From the IMG/VR virus record IMGVR_UViG_3300037067_005176, positions 125,081-189,080 of that record: a stretch of 64,000 nucleotides of DNA; one strand, written 5' to 3'. The translations under genes and the position numbers were made by a program. Positions 55,444 through 64,000 of the stretch are shown in pieces (positions within the stretch are counted from its first letter, which is position 1; every line of letters starts with the position of its first letter). The stretch comes from a virus. Lineage: Duplodnaviria > Heunggongvirae > Uroviricota > Caudoviricetes. The notes under the pieces are model-generated. The model saw only the letters and a program-made list of their open reading frames with translations. It was not told the DNA's origin and made no database searches.

Positions 55444-55659
55444 TTACATAGGTAAAGGTTGTGGAATGCGAGCGTTTAAAAAACACAGAAATGGTATAAA
55501 AGTAAACAAAGACAATGCAACGGCGAAATTTATAAAGGGTACAAGGCCGATGATCATATAAAATACACTGCGCATATTATACTTCTTTGCCATATTCTTA
55601 AAGAATATTACACTAAAGACATACATCGTAATAATCGTTACAAGAGCAAATACTATCAT
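55444..55659 (-). CDS. Small 2-TM membrane protein (71 aa)
   Basis: RBS aggaga. The ORF-track start 55728 overlaps the upstream gene. Confidence 0.4.
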   Translation of the reverse strand: MIVFALVTIITMYVFSVIFFKNMAKKYNMRSVFYMIIGLVPFINFAVALSLFTFIPFLCFLNARIPQPLPM

Positions 55660-55669
55660 TGTGATTCTC

Positions 55670-56083
55670 CTATTTTTCGCTGCAAACAACAACAGAAACA
55701 TCGTCCGTTGTCCATGAACCAGTGCCAAATATATTCAACCCTTTGTTATGTATAACACATAGTTGTTCAGGCTTGTATTCTCTAATCAATTCAACTTCAT
55801 TTCTTTTTGATGTTCTATAACTCTCACTACCTTTTAAGTAATAATTAATCTCATAGAATCCGCCTGATTCATTTAATGTGTTTGAAACAATTGCATTCTC
55901 TTGCTTCTTTATTGAAAATTCTGACACTTCAAGATATGCAACAGCTAGGCCTACAAGTATAAGGGAAGAGAATGCTAATGCAACCTTTTTATCTCCATCA
56001 TCTAAAGCTATACTTAATCCTGCAATACCTATAATGAATAAAACAAGCATCACAACTAAAGCAAATAATTCAAGTATGATCAT
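55670..56083 (-). CDS. Membrane-anchored protein (N-terminal TM plus soluble domain)
   Basis: RBS ggag. ATGA overlap with upstream small ORF. Confidence 0.45.
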   Translation of the reverse strand: MIILELFALVVMLVLFIIGIAGLSIALDDGDKKVALAFSSLILVGLAVAYLEVSEFSIKKQENAIVSNTLNESGGFYEINYYLKGSESYRTSKRNEVELIREYKPEQLCVIHNKGLNIFGTGSWTTDDVSVVVCSEK

Positions 56084-56084
56084 T

Positions 56085-56249
56085 TTTTAATCTCCTGTTT
56101 GTTAATTATTGGAATTTGACATTTATCACCGCCACAAAACTGATGAACGTTATCAGAATTTAAAAGTTGTTTAAGTTTCATACATCCATTATATGGAACA
56201 CCATTTAATATCACGCTTTTAAAGTATGGACAGTTTATTTGATATTGCA
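56085..56249 (-). CDS. Small zinc-ribbon-like protein (54 aa; CPYF...C..GGDKC)
   Basis: Below the track cutoff, read by hand. Confidence 0.3.
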
Positions 56250-56283
56250 TTCAGTTGTCTCCTTAATTTCTTGTAAAACAAAT

Positions 56284-56487
56284 TTAATAAATTCTTTGGA
56301 AAATTGTTGATTTGTTTTGAAAAATATTTACTTTTTTATGAAGAAATAAACAATCACAATAAGGACAACATACTAATGAACGCCAAACATCACCATAAAC
56401 TCTTGCATCAAGAAATATATCACCGCCAAATTCGTTTTTGCATTTAATACATTTTATTGATTGAGGGCCGCATTCTAAATACATCAC
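56284..56487 (-). CDS. Zinc-ribbon family protein (CIKCKNEF...CPYCDCLF)
   Basis: Family motif. Confidence 0.45.
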   Translation of the reverse strand: MMYLECGPQSIKCIKCKNEFGGDIFLDARVYGDVWRSLVCCPYCDCLFLHKKVNIFQNKSTIFQRIY

Positions 56488-56675
56488 ATCCTCATCTTGA
56501 AAACAACTTTAATATACTTATCGCATATAGGACAAATAGTCAGCATTGACCTATCGCTTGAGTTTTCTTTATAGTGAGTGAATTGTCTTTTACATTTGTA
56601 ACAATACACATACACAAAGGTTGCATTTGCTCCTTTGTTATCCATATTTTTTTCAAAGATTGTTATATTCATCAT
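56484..56675 (-). CDS. Zinc-ribbon family protein (CYKCKRQF...CPICDKY)
   Basis: Family motif. ATGA-coupled. Confidence 0.45.
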   Translation of the reverse strand: MMNITIFEKNMDNKGANATFVYVYCYKCKRQFTHYKENSSDRSMLTICPICDKYIKVVFKMRM

Positions 56676-56694
56676 TATAATAGTTTTGTAATTT

Positions 56695-56937
56695 TTATAT
56701 CATTTTAATTAGTTTATCACCCGCACGCCTTAAAAATTTTTTATCGCAATAAGGACACATTACAAACTCATAATATTTATCTTTATATGTTATCATCAAT
56801 GAATCACTAAAAATATTTTTTCTTTCTATATCAAAATGTTTCATACACTCAAAGCAATATAATGTTCTATTAACAGGGTGTTCAATCCACCATGATTCAT
56901 TATTTTTATAAGCCCATACAGCATTATGTTTCTTCAT
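56695..56937 (-). CDS. Zinc-ribbon family protein (CFECMKHF...CPYCDKKF)
   Basis: Family motif. Confidence 0.45.
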   Translation of the reverse strand: MKKHNAVWAYKNNESWWIEHPVNRTLYCFECMKHFDIERKNIFSDSLMITYKDKYYEFVMCPYCDKKFLRRAGDKLIKMI

Positions 56938-57103
56938 ATCCAGCCTTCACAACAATTATGTAATCACAGTAAGGGCATTGAGATATTAAAAGGGCATGTG
57001 AAGCAAATTCATTAATTAAATTATTGCTTTTATCAACATACGCTTTTACATTACCATTACAATGTTCGCATTTCCATAAAACTATTTGCTCATTAACAAT
57101 CAT
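56924..57103 (-). CDS. Zinc-ribbon family protein (59 aa; CEHC...CPYCDY), not in the ORF track
   Basis: Hand-translated. Overlaps neighbours by a few codons. Confidence 0.35.
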   Translation of the reverse strand: MIVNEQIVLWKCEHCNGNVKAYVDKSNNLINEFASHALLISQCPYCDYIIVVKAGYEET

Positions 57104-57453
57104 TTAATATACCATTTTGTCCAAAAATGATTTATTGTTTTCTTTAATAATATACTTGCACAATTGCATCTTGGGCAACACGCAATATTGTTCTCATTGA
57201 ATGAATTGAAAACTTTATTACATTGTAGGCAAAGAATATCAACCCACACAAAAATCTTACCAACAAACATTCCTCGTGATTTCAATATTTTATATGACAA
57301 ATTATCATCTATAAATATGATAGAATTTGCTTTTGCTATAAGAAACGTATTTTCGATAAATAGTTTAAAACAAAGAACATCAATGTGACGAATCTCAGTA
57401 TAATATCGTTCAGGTTTTAAATCTTTTCTTGTAAGTATTAATTCATTCATCAT
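57100..57453 (-). CDS. Zinc-ribbon family protein (CLQCNKVF...CPRCNC), 117 aa
   Basis: Family motif at C-terminus. Confidence 0.45.
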   Translation of the reverse strand: MMNELILTRKDLKPERYYTEIRHIDVLCFKLFIENTFLIAKANSIIFIDDNLSYKILKSRGMFVGKIFVWVDILCLQCNKVFNSFNENNIACCPRCNCASILLKKTINHFWTKWYIK

Positions 57454-57812
57454 TTACCTGCAAGCCTTAAAGCAATACGATCAAGAATCAAATTGCGATC
57501 ACTTTCGGTTGGTTCATAATCCCCCATAAACATTGAAGGGATTCCTTCAAATGAATCACTATAATTTGTAACATTAAAGCCACGACGAATACATTCATCA
57601 AAAATTGTTTTATAGCGAGCTTGCAAAAACGCAATGCGAGTATAAAAGAACTTGACATGACCTTGGCCAAGAGTAAATTGTTTAGGCTGACCTGTCAAAT
57701 GGAAACGACCCGACTTGATAACATTAGGAATACGTTTGATCTCTCTATGTTCAGCAATCAACATCTTGGTATTAAGCTCACGAGGATCAACACCAACATT
57801 TATTCTTGTCAT
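57450..57812 (-). CDS. denV: Endonuclease V (DenV, pyrimidine-dimer DNA glycosylase)
   Basis: MTRINVGVDPRELNTKMLIAEHREIKRIP and later GHVKFFY / RGFNV match T4 DenV ([27 protein letters not shown] ... GHVTFFY ... RGFNI). Start moved to Met 57812. Confidence 0.65.
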   Translation of the reverse strand: MTRINVGVDPRELNTKMLIAEHREIKRIPNVIKSGRFHLTGQPKQFTLGQGHVKFFYTRIAFLQARYKTIFDECIRRGFNVTNYSDSFEGIPSMFMGDYEPTESDRNLILDRIALRLAGK

Positions 57813-57897
57813 AAAAATTCCTTTGAAATAATTAAAACAAAAATACAAAAAGATTCCAATTTTGTCAATAGGAATTTAAGTACCAAAAAATGGTTGA

Positions 57898-58139
57898 TTA
57901 GTTTGAATATTCTGTGTGAATAAAAACTTTATCACATCGTAGGCAAGAGTAAATTCTATCTTCAAACTCACCGCCATAATTGCTTTCCAAGTCTGGGCGA
58001 ATGCTTATCAATTCACAATCAGTATGATGAACTAAAAAGTTTCTTTTACATTCATATCAATAAAAACATTATTCTCATCAATATAAAAGTCGTCGGCTAA
58101 CCTGTTGCATCCATTGCATTCAATGTTGTGCGCAGTCAT
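57898..58139 (-). pseudogene. Frameshifted zinc-ribbon family gene (N-terminus MTAHNIECNGCNRL.., C-terminus ..YSCLRCDKVF in another frame)
   Basis: Two halves in different frames. Length is not a multiple of 3. Confidence 0.35.
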
Positions 58140-58265
58140 TCATCAACCTTTACGCATATGTTATAACTTCTGAAACTCTGTAAAAATCGCAAAAGGAACA
58201 TGTGAATAAAGCATTTGATTTTTGATTATCTTTAAACAACTTTCGTTTACTCATAGCATATGCCT

Positions 58266-58544
58266 TCAAAGATAATAAACAATATCAACAACAATCACAT
58301 CACCATTCAAATCAACACCTAAGCTTCTCTTTTGTTGTCCGCCATAATGTTTAACAAAAACACAATCACAATAAGGACAAACAAAGCAATGCTTTAACAA
58401 AAAGGAATTATACACTTCTATTTGAGCACGGAACTCTTGCTTGCAAGAAGTGCAAGCAAGCTTAAAGAACAATAAAGAATCTCGAATAAAGTCGATATCA
58501 TCAATCTTCTCTGTCATCATCACTCCTAGCAAACATCGTTGCAA
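58266..58544 (-). CDS. Zinc-ribbon family protein (CTSCKQEF...CPYCDCVF)
   Basis: Family motif. Confidence 0.45.
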   Translation of the reverse strand: MQRCLLGVMMTEKIDDIDFIRDSLLFFKLACTSCKQEFRAQIEVYNSFLLKHCFVCPYCDCVFVKHYGGQQKRSLGVDLNGDVIVVDIVYYL

Positions 58545-58547
58545 ACT

Positions 58548-58772
58548 CTATGCTATACACCCGTTTCTTTTATGTCCGTACTTCCCAAGAGAAACCTCTT
58601 TAAAACGAACTTTCCTTATCAAAATACTATCACAAAAACAACAAGAGATATCTTTAACAAACTCTCTTTCAAGGAACCCAGAAATATCATTGTAATAATC
58701 GTAATATAACTTAAACTCTCTATTACAATAATCACATAAAATAACACAATCATAAGAGCTCATAAAAACCAT
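58548..58772 (-). CDS. Zinc-ribbon family protein (CDYCNREF...CCFCDS)
   Basis: Family motif. Confidence 0.45.
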   Translation of the reverse strand: MVFMSSYDCVILCDYCNREFKLYYDYYNDISGFLEREFVKDISCCFCDSILIRKVRFKEVSLGKYGHKRNGCIA

Positions 58773-58973
58773 ACAAACATTAAAACTTTGTCAGAAACAA
58801 AATACAACAAAAACAAATATAATTTCATTAACAAAATCTGCAATGGAATCAATAGAAAATAATTATACAATAAACGAAGAAGTGGTTGCATAAAAATAAG
58901 AAAGAAATACAATACAGAAACATACATAAAGAGAGAACAAAACAATAGAGAAAATACTGTTACAACTTTAAAC

Positions 58974-58990
58974 TCTCTCTCTCTCTCTTT
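58974..58990. repeat. (CT)8 dinucleotide microsatellite
   Basis: ctctctctctctctct read directly. Confidence 0.8.
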
Positions 58991-59704
58991 CACCCAATTC
59001 ATTCACCGTAGTATATAAGTACATACATGTCCTCCGCCTTCGCACTGTAGCACTAGATTTAAACAGTGTGTGTCTTCGCACTATCTAACTAAAAATTTTT
59101 TACCAAGTAGCGTACACACTATGTGATCACATGAATCCTATATTCTATATGGCATTCTACTCATTTGATTCTATCATTCTTTTCAAACCGCAAAAGGATC
59201 TGTACTTCCATTTACCACAAACGCTTGAACTAAATTTCTTTAAACGCCATCCTTCGTATATTCTTATAACAAAGTTCTTATGGCGGTGTGTTCCTTGCCA
59301 AGTAAAATTTCTTTTCTTTAATAAGTTATTATTGTATATCATTTGTTCATCATTCCGTACCAACTCCTACAGTGTCCACCTTTTAGTGTTTGAGTTTGTA
59401 TATTCCAATTGGTTGTTGTAAAGATTGCGCACTGTTCTCTTTTATACTTGGGAGTAACAATTATTTGCATATGCATTGTATGGTTTGTATTATATGGAAA
59501 TGAAATATCATTTCCATCTTTGAATATTGTCTACTATTGTATTGTTTGGTTCATTTGAGTTTTATAGCAAGCTTCTTCAAAAGTTATCCTATTAGTGATT
59601 GCATAATATAAACAATCAGTCCAGAGGCGAGAGTGCAGTCTTGTGAATCTTTTGTTTTGATATGGCATTGAGAAGATTGAATTCTTTGACATGTAAGAGG
59701 TATT

Positions 59705-59893
59705 TTATTGTTGTATATCATATATGTGTACCAATACATCTGAACCATTATTCAATATAATGAACTGCACTATACAATTGCAATATGGACAAGGAGAGAT
59801 GAAGGATGCTGCTTTACCTAAAGGTAAAATCGTTTGCTCCATATAGCTGAAATATTGTTTGCAGTGAGGGCATGTAAGAGGTATTTTATTCAT
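59705..59893 (-). CDS. Zinc-ribbon family protein (CPHCKQYF...CPYCNC)
   Basis: Family motif. Confidence 0.45.
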   Translation of the reverse strand: MNKIPLTCPHCKQYFSYMEQTILPLGKAASFISPCPYCNCIVQFIILNNGSDVLVHIYDIQQ

Positions 59894-59899
59894 AATATT

Positions 59900-60085
59900 T
59901 CATCTGACATTTGAACCATATAAGTTCGTGGAGCACGATTCATGATTTTGTCTAGGGATTTCTGTCATTCGTGCCATAAGGACTGTATATTTTTTATAGT
60001 GTGAAAATTGATCATCTATACCATATACATTCGTTACACAAGTATATGGTTCCATCTTATTTGTCATATTGCTCAATATAACCAA
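59900..60085 (-). CDS. Hypothetical protein (61 aa)
   Basis: ORF. Confidence 0.3.
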   Translation of the reverse strand: MVILSNMTNKMEPYTCVTNVYGIDDQFSHYKKYTVLMARMTEIPRQNHESCSTNLYGSNVR

Positions 60086-60241
60086 GCACTTAAATTGTTG
60101 CTCTCTTATCTAAACCTAATTGCGTACCAATTTCAAGTTTCCTAATTGATTTGCAACCATAATAGGATACACGAGCCTTTGAGCATTTTGTTATTCTTTT
60201 GTTTGCGCTACTTGACAAACATAATTTCATTAACTTATAAA

Positions 60242-60430
60242 TCATATATGTTGCATCCTACTTATTGAGCGACGATTAGTTTTTGATCGCATAAAACATT
60301 TTGCTTCAAACCAATTGCTTTTAACATACCTTCGAATATAAGTGCAAATTGAGTTGTGGATTGCAACTGAACCGAAAGCTTTATCAAATCCAAGCTTTAC
60401 CTTACCGCCTTTTATTGATTTGTATATCAT
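60242..60430 (-). CDS. Hypothetical protein (62 aa)
   Basis: ORF. Confidence 0.3.
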   Translation of the reverse strand: MIYKSIKGGKVKLGFDKAFGSVAIHNSICTYIRRYVKSNWFEAKCFMRSKTNRRSISRMQHI

Positions 60431-60758
60431 CCTATTTTACTTGAGAGCATATTGTGCATACCGCAATTTGTTGAATCGTTTTCAGTCCATAGAATATCGT
60501 AATGAGTATTGAAACAAAAGGAGCGCCTTGATTTTGTTGTCTTCTGTTGTTCATCGTTATTCCTATTGCGGAATAACGATAACCTTTCTTGTCAACATTC
60601 CACAAGGAGCGTATGTTTCTTGTTGTATAACGCAGTAGAATAAGTATAAGAAATTCTTTTGTTTATACAACAAAAAACAAGTTCATTGCATTCAAATTTG
60701 TTCAGTGAACTTATTGGTTTTTGATTACATCTTGACTTTTGCAAATAAGTTTTTAATA

Positions 60759-60962
60759 TCATAGTGTGTACTTATCCCTATACCAACAAAGGCTTAGATA
60801 ACCGAACATATGAAAACCACAACGGATATATAAATCGTTTTTAATCACTATTGTATGGCACTTATTATTTGCAAGCGAACATTCTCTTTGCTTACAACAA
60901 GTTTTCCTCAATGCAATTGTCTTTGATAGCGATGCGTTAAATACATTGTATATCATTATCAA
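60759..60962 (-). CDS. Hypothetical Cys-rich protein (67 aa)
   Basis: ORF. Confidence 0.3.
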   Translation of the reverse strand: MIMIYNVFNASLSKTIALRKTCCKQRECSLANNKCHTIVIKNDLYIRCGFHMFGYLSLCWYRDKYTL

Positions 60963-61273
60963 TAATCCTTAGTACAATTCAAATATCAATTAAACTTATA
61001 TTCACAAGTGAGAATAAGGCTATATAAAATAACCTTATAACTTATACACTTATATTCCATAAGTCTTCATAAGGGTAGGTTGATATAAGGCTTATGCAAC
61101 AGGCATCCGAATTGTTGCAACTATATTCTTAATACTACAATGCGCCATTTTGATGAGTCGTTAATTCATCATCTCGTTCAATCAATTATTTTATTTGTTA
61201 GGGTGTTCAAACTAATCTCAAATTCACCCATGACCTAGTGCACTCCTTTGGGCCGATCAAAGGCCGTACTCGG

Positions 61274-61600
61274 TTATACAATCAGGATTTTAATGTCTTT
61301 AATACTTTCTAAAAATACATCAACTTTATTTGATTCAATACAAATACTTTCATTGATATACCCTTTCTTGTTCAATCTTACAATGTCATTTTTCATCATT
61401 ATATACGCACCTGTTAGATACGCATAATCAAATATCTTGGTCAACAAATAATGAGCCATACAGTGCTCAGAATATGTTAAAAGCATTATGTTTGATTCAA
61501 CATCCTTACCTCCAATACAACGAGGTATTATATGATGAATTTCAAGATAACCTCTATGCTTGCATTTGCTAATACCTCTATATTGAGCCTTTGAAATCAA
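61274..61600 (-). CDS. HNH endonuclease domain protein (LEIHHIIPRCIGG...N...EH..AH), probably a fragment (TTG start, no RBS)
   Basis: HNH motif. Short (108 aa). Confidence 0.5.
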   Translation of the reverse strand: MISKAQYRGISKCKHRGYLEIHHIIPRCIGGKDVESNIMLLTYSEHCMAHYLLTKIFDYAYLTGAYIMMKNDIVRLNKKGYINESICIESNKVDVFLESIKDIKILIV

Positions 61601-62198
61601 TTGACAATAAGCATCAATATAGGAGCTTGTAATAGTCGGTTCGATATAGAACGAGGCTTCCTACGCTTGACAATTGATGCAGGCCTTAGCTTCCTATATT
61701 CCTGCAACGTAACACATCGTAAATTGCTTGGAATATTGTTGAAATAATTTCCACCAATATGAACGATATAACAGCCCTTAAACCAACCGTCAATTGAGCG
61801 TTGAGTTTAGCGATCGCAAAATGATCTTGCTTAGGTCGTCCTGATTTATAAAAATTCATAAAACAAATATAACAAAAATTTATCAATAATACAGCAGGCA
61901 TATACAAAAATTTTATCAGCGATCATACTCCTAGCGATCACTAAAAATATCTCACTGACACCAGCACCATATACATGAAAGGAACCAGCGAACTCACTAA
62001 GGAACTATCAGTAAATGGATAGGTGTGTTAAGCCGTGTTAAGTCTCTTACTTTTTTCTGGTGCACCATGGCCACCATGGTGATGGTGCCAATAACTAATA
62101 TGCAAGTGTGTGTGTCGTTCTAGAAGGTTCTTGGTAATTGTTGTATCTCATTTTTTCCATGGAGCGTTTTCTATAATCTCTGACCATTCAAAAAATTT

Positions 62199-62378
62199 CT
62201 AGAAAATTTTAATCTCTACCATAGTCGTCCCATAATTGATCGTATTCTTTTTTTTGAGCTTTTCATATTCCTTATATTCAACCCAGTTGCCATTGTCACT
62301 TGATATCATCATTGCGTATGGAGTTACATTAGGATTGCCAAAAGCAATCGGTTCGTATCTTTGTATTGGTTTGTTCAT
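62199..62378 (-). CDS. Small hypothetical protein (59 aa), not in the ORF track
   Basis: Hand-translated ORF with weak RBS aagg. Confidence 0.25.
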   Translation of the reverse strand: MNKPIQRYEPIAFGNPNVTPYAMMISSDNGNWVEYKEYEKLKKKNTINYGTTMVEIKIF

Positions 62379-62628
62379 AATGTACCTTTTAATATTGGTA
62401 TCTTGCTAACGAATGTTAGCTTTGATGTGTTTCTGATAAAGTCACAATAAGGGCAGGAGTACAAATAAGGACTTGGGTTGATTGTCATCTGTTGGATTAC
62501 TGAAAAATAAGGCTCCCTGCCGTGACTATATTTTTCTTGAGCATTTAGAAATGTATTGAATTGCTTTGAGCAATTCTTGCAGACAATCCGATAGACATAA
62601 TCATAAAGATAGTCAGGATGCGTGATTC

Positions 62629-62916
62629 CTATTCACCTTTATATTGATAAAGTATTGCGTTGCATAATGAATGTACGGCTCCTATTGTCATGCCAGTATT
62701 GTGATCATGATGGAGATGTATTAGATGTCTGAAGAATCCTATTGGGAATAAATCATTATTGATTGGAAGCTTTGTAATGTCTCCTGTGGGTTTTTTGTTT
62801 AATGGTTGACCACAAGCCCAGCATAAACCTTTTTGTTCGTTTGTATATTGCTCCCTTGCTTCCTTTCTTTGTTTGAAGGTTGCGTCATCATATTTTATTG
62901 GGAGATTCAATATCAT
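62629..62916 (-). CDS. Endonuclease VII-family His-Me finger nuclease (CWACG...HLHHDHNTG..GAVHSLCNAIL)
   Basis: Recombination endonuclease VII motif CxxC...HxDHDHxTG...LC..CN. Confidence 0.55.
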   Translation of the reverse strand: MILNLPIKYDDATFKQRKEAREQYTNEQKGLCWACGQPLNKKPTGDITKLPINNDLFPIGFFRHLIHLHHDHNTGMTIGAVHSLCNAILYQYKGE

Positions 62917-63115
62917 TTATGTTTTCCTCGTTATGTATGTCTTTTATAAATCATGGGCAATATGTTAGAGGTAAATGGTTACATGTTGAATTGCAAGCCC
63001 TTTGAACTCCTAATTTCTTAAGGTTTGATTTATCATGATGAATATTTGAATTGATTAATTTTTCATCCCAGACTTTGAAAGCCTATATGAATTTATCCAA
63101 TTCATGAATATCATA

Positions 63116-63556
63116 TTACCAACAATCTCTATAATACATTGTTTTTGATTTACCAAAGAACTCAGCATTCCCTTTTATAGTTTCAAGAGCAGGTCCTTTT
63201 GGTAACTTCTCCCCTTTGATTTTGACATTTCCACAGTCTGTAGAAGCATCACCAGTGAGATCTCCATTGATTGTAATATTTCCACAATCGTTAGTAACAT
63301 TTCCGTATACTGAAGCGTTTATTGTGATGTTACCACTGTCTACAGCTACTAATTCGACATGTTCAGCGTTCACAATCACTTCAGTAACACAAAATTTTGT
63401 ATCTTTATTAAGTGTCAACTCAACGTCATCAACAAAGATCTTTCCATTGCAAATTGATATGTTACTGGAAGTAACATAAATCGACTTATCATTACCTAAT
63501 AGTCGATTTATGAATTTCTTAATATGTTTAACAACTTCAGCATAAAATTTCATCAT
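63116..63556 (-). CDS. Bactofilin-like beta-helical repeat protein (GNITINASVYGNVTNDCGNITINGDLTGDA), translationally coupled to the hexapeptide-repeat gene
   Basis: Starts MMKFYAE overlapping the hexapeptide gene stop exactly as at 44143. Repetitive G-N-[IV]-T-I-N segments. Confidence 0.4.
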   Translation of the reverse strand: MMKFYAEVVKHIKKFINRLLGNDKSIYVTSSNISICNGKIFVDDVELTLNKDTKFCVTEVIVNAEHVELVAVDSGNITINASVYGNVTNDCGNITINGDLTGDASTDCGNVKIKGEKLPKGPALETIKGNAEFFGKSKTMYYRDCW

Positions 63557-64000
63557 CAGTTAATGTAAATTTATCAATCTTTGCAGAACCATAGACTCTT
63601 GCAGAACCATAAACTCTTGCATTACCATAGACCCATGCATTATCATAGATTCTTGCAGTATCATAGACCTTTGCATCACCATATACATTTGCAGAACCAG
63701 AGACTATTGCATTACCAGAGACCTTTGCATCACCATAGACCTTTGCATTATCATAGACCTCTGCATTATCATAGACCGATGCATTGCCAAAGATCCTTGC
63801 ATTACCAGAGACCCATGCATTACCATAGACCCATGTATTATCATAGACTCTTGCATTATCAGAGACCGATGCATCACCAAAGATCCATACAGAACCAGAG
63901 ACCTCTGCATTATCATAAACTCTTGCATAATCAAAGACCTTTGCATCACCAAAGATCCATACAGAACCAGAGACCTCTGCATTATCATAGACCAATGCAT
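63537..64000 (-). CDS. Hexapeptide-repeat protein, family copy 3 (inverted orientation; 3' part only, gene continues beyond window end)
   Basis: C-terminus ..KIDKFTLTDDEILC identical in type to copy 2. 18-bp repeats. Confidence 0.6.
   Translation of the reverse strand, partial: ALVYDNAEVSGSVWIFGDAKVFDYARVYDNAEVSGSVWIFGDASVSDNARVYDNTWVYGNAWVSGNARIFGNASVYDNAEVYDNAKVYGDAKVSGNAIVSGSANVYGDAKVYDTARIYDNAWVYGNARVYGSARVYGSAKIDKFTLTDDEILC
63600..64000 (-). repeat. 18-bp tandem coding repeat array (inverted relative to arrays at 33.0-33.9 kb and 43.6-44.1 kb)
   Basis: accatagacYYttgcattacc-type units. Confidence 0.7.

Noticed and set aside
55166-55561. Plus-strand ORF 55166..55561 (131 aa) and 54937..55122
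   Set aside because: It is antisense to the QueC gene and downstream membrane-protein genes in a uniformly minus-strand block, with no RBS.
59131-59421. ORFs 59131..59421 (+) and 59157..59363 (-)
   Set aside because: They overlap each other in a low-complexity A/C-rich noncoding-looking stretch with no RBS, no homology and atypical composition.
60900-61700. Possible group I intron around the minus-strand HNH gene 61274..61600
   Set aside because: A fragmentary HNH ORF in a gene-poor stretch is suggestive, but I could not identify flanking exon halves or P7/P3 core elements by eye. Left as unverified.
1-64000. tRNA or rRNA genes
   Set aside because: I scanned for GTTCGAATC / GGTTCGA T-arm-like motifs and acceptor/T-arm symmetry and found nothing convincing (for example gggtttcgaatgc at about 90 lacks a cloverleaf). 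This cannot be excluded without a tRNA-scan tool.

Overview
This 64 kb window reads as an accessory (hyperplastic) region of a large virulent AT-rich dsDNA phage of T4-like flavour. Evidence for that: a RegA translational-repressor homolog, a DenV (endonuclease V) homolog, an Endo VII-family nuclease, a GroES-like co-chaperonin, and many GIY-YIG/HNH homing endonuclease genes and remnants. No capsid, tail or terminase genes are recognisable in the window. Genes are tightly packed on the + strand from 1 to about 52.4 kb and on the - strand from 52.6 kb to the end, with a convergent terminator pair at about 52.4-52.6 kb. A family of sigma70-like promoters (ccaTTGaCA-N17-TATATT) and many intrinsic terminators are visible. 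Functional content that I can support includes:
- a radical-SAM / glycosyltransferase / HAD-nucleotidyltransferase / GDPD cluster at the left end;
- an unusually rich RNA-repair repertoire (P-loop kinase, two ligase-like nucleotidyltransferases, a CCA-adding enzyme, a small Pol-beta NTase, RtcB);
- nucleotide/NAD-related enzymes (SLOG/MoCo-carrier-like, two metallophosphoesterases, two NT5C-type nucleotidases, two Nudix proteins including a NadM-Nudix fusion, a cytidylyltransferase-like protein);
- QueC, a GatB/YqeY-domain protein, a Dps-like protein, an SPFH/band-7 protein, a lytic transglycosylase and a PQ-loop membrane protein.
The most unusual structures are:
- a multi-copy family of hexapeptide-repeat (18-bp tandem repeat) proteins with a conserved 55-aa N-terminal module (three copies plus one remnant, one in inverted orientation);
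- a tandem cluster of at least 12 paralogous small Cys4 zinc-ribbon proteins on the - strand;
- a GC-rich, C-ending-codon-biased paralog pair at 25.4-26.4 kb inside a region littered with mobile-element debris (5'-truncated TnpB, HNH and GIY-YIG fragments);
- a recurrent N-terminal coding motif M-[KR]-F-K-[DE]-L-Y-E shared by about 10 otherwise unrelated genes.
All calls are from reading the sequence and ORF translations by eye; no database searches were run.
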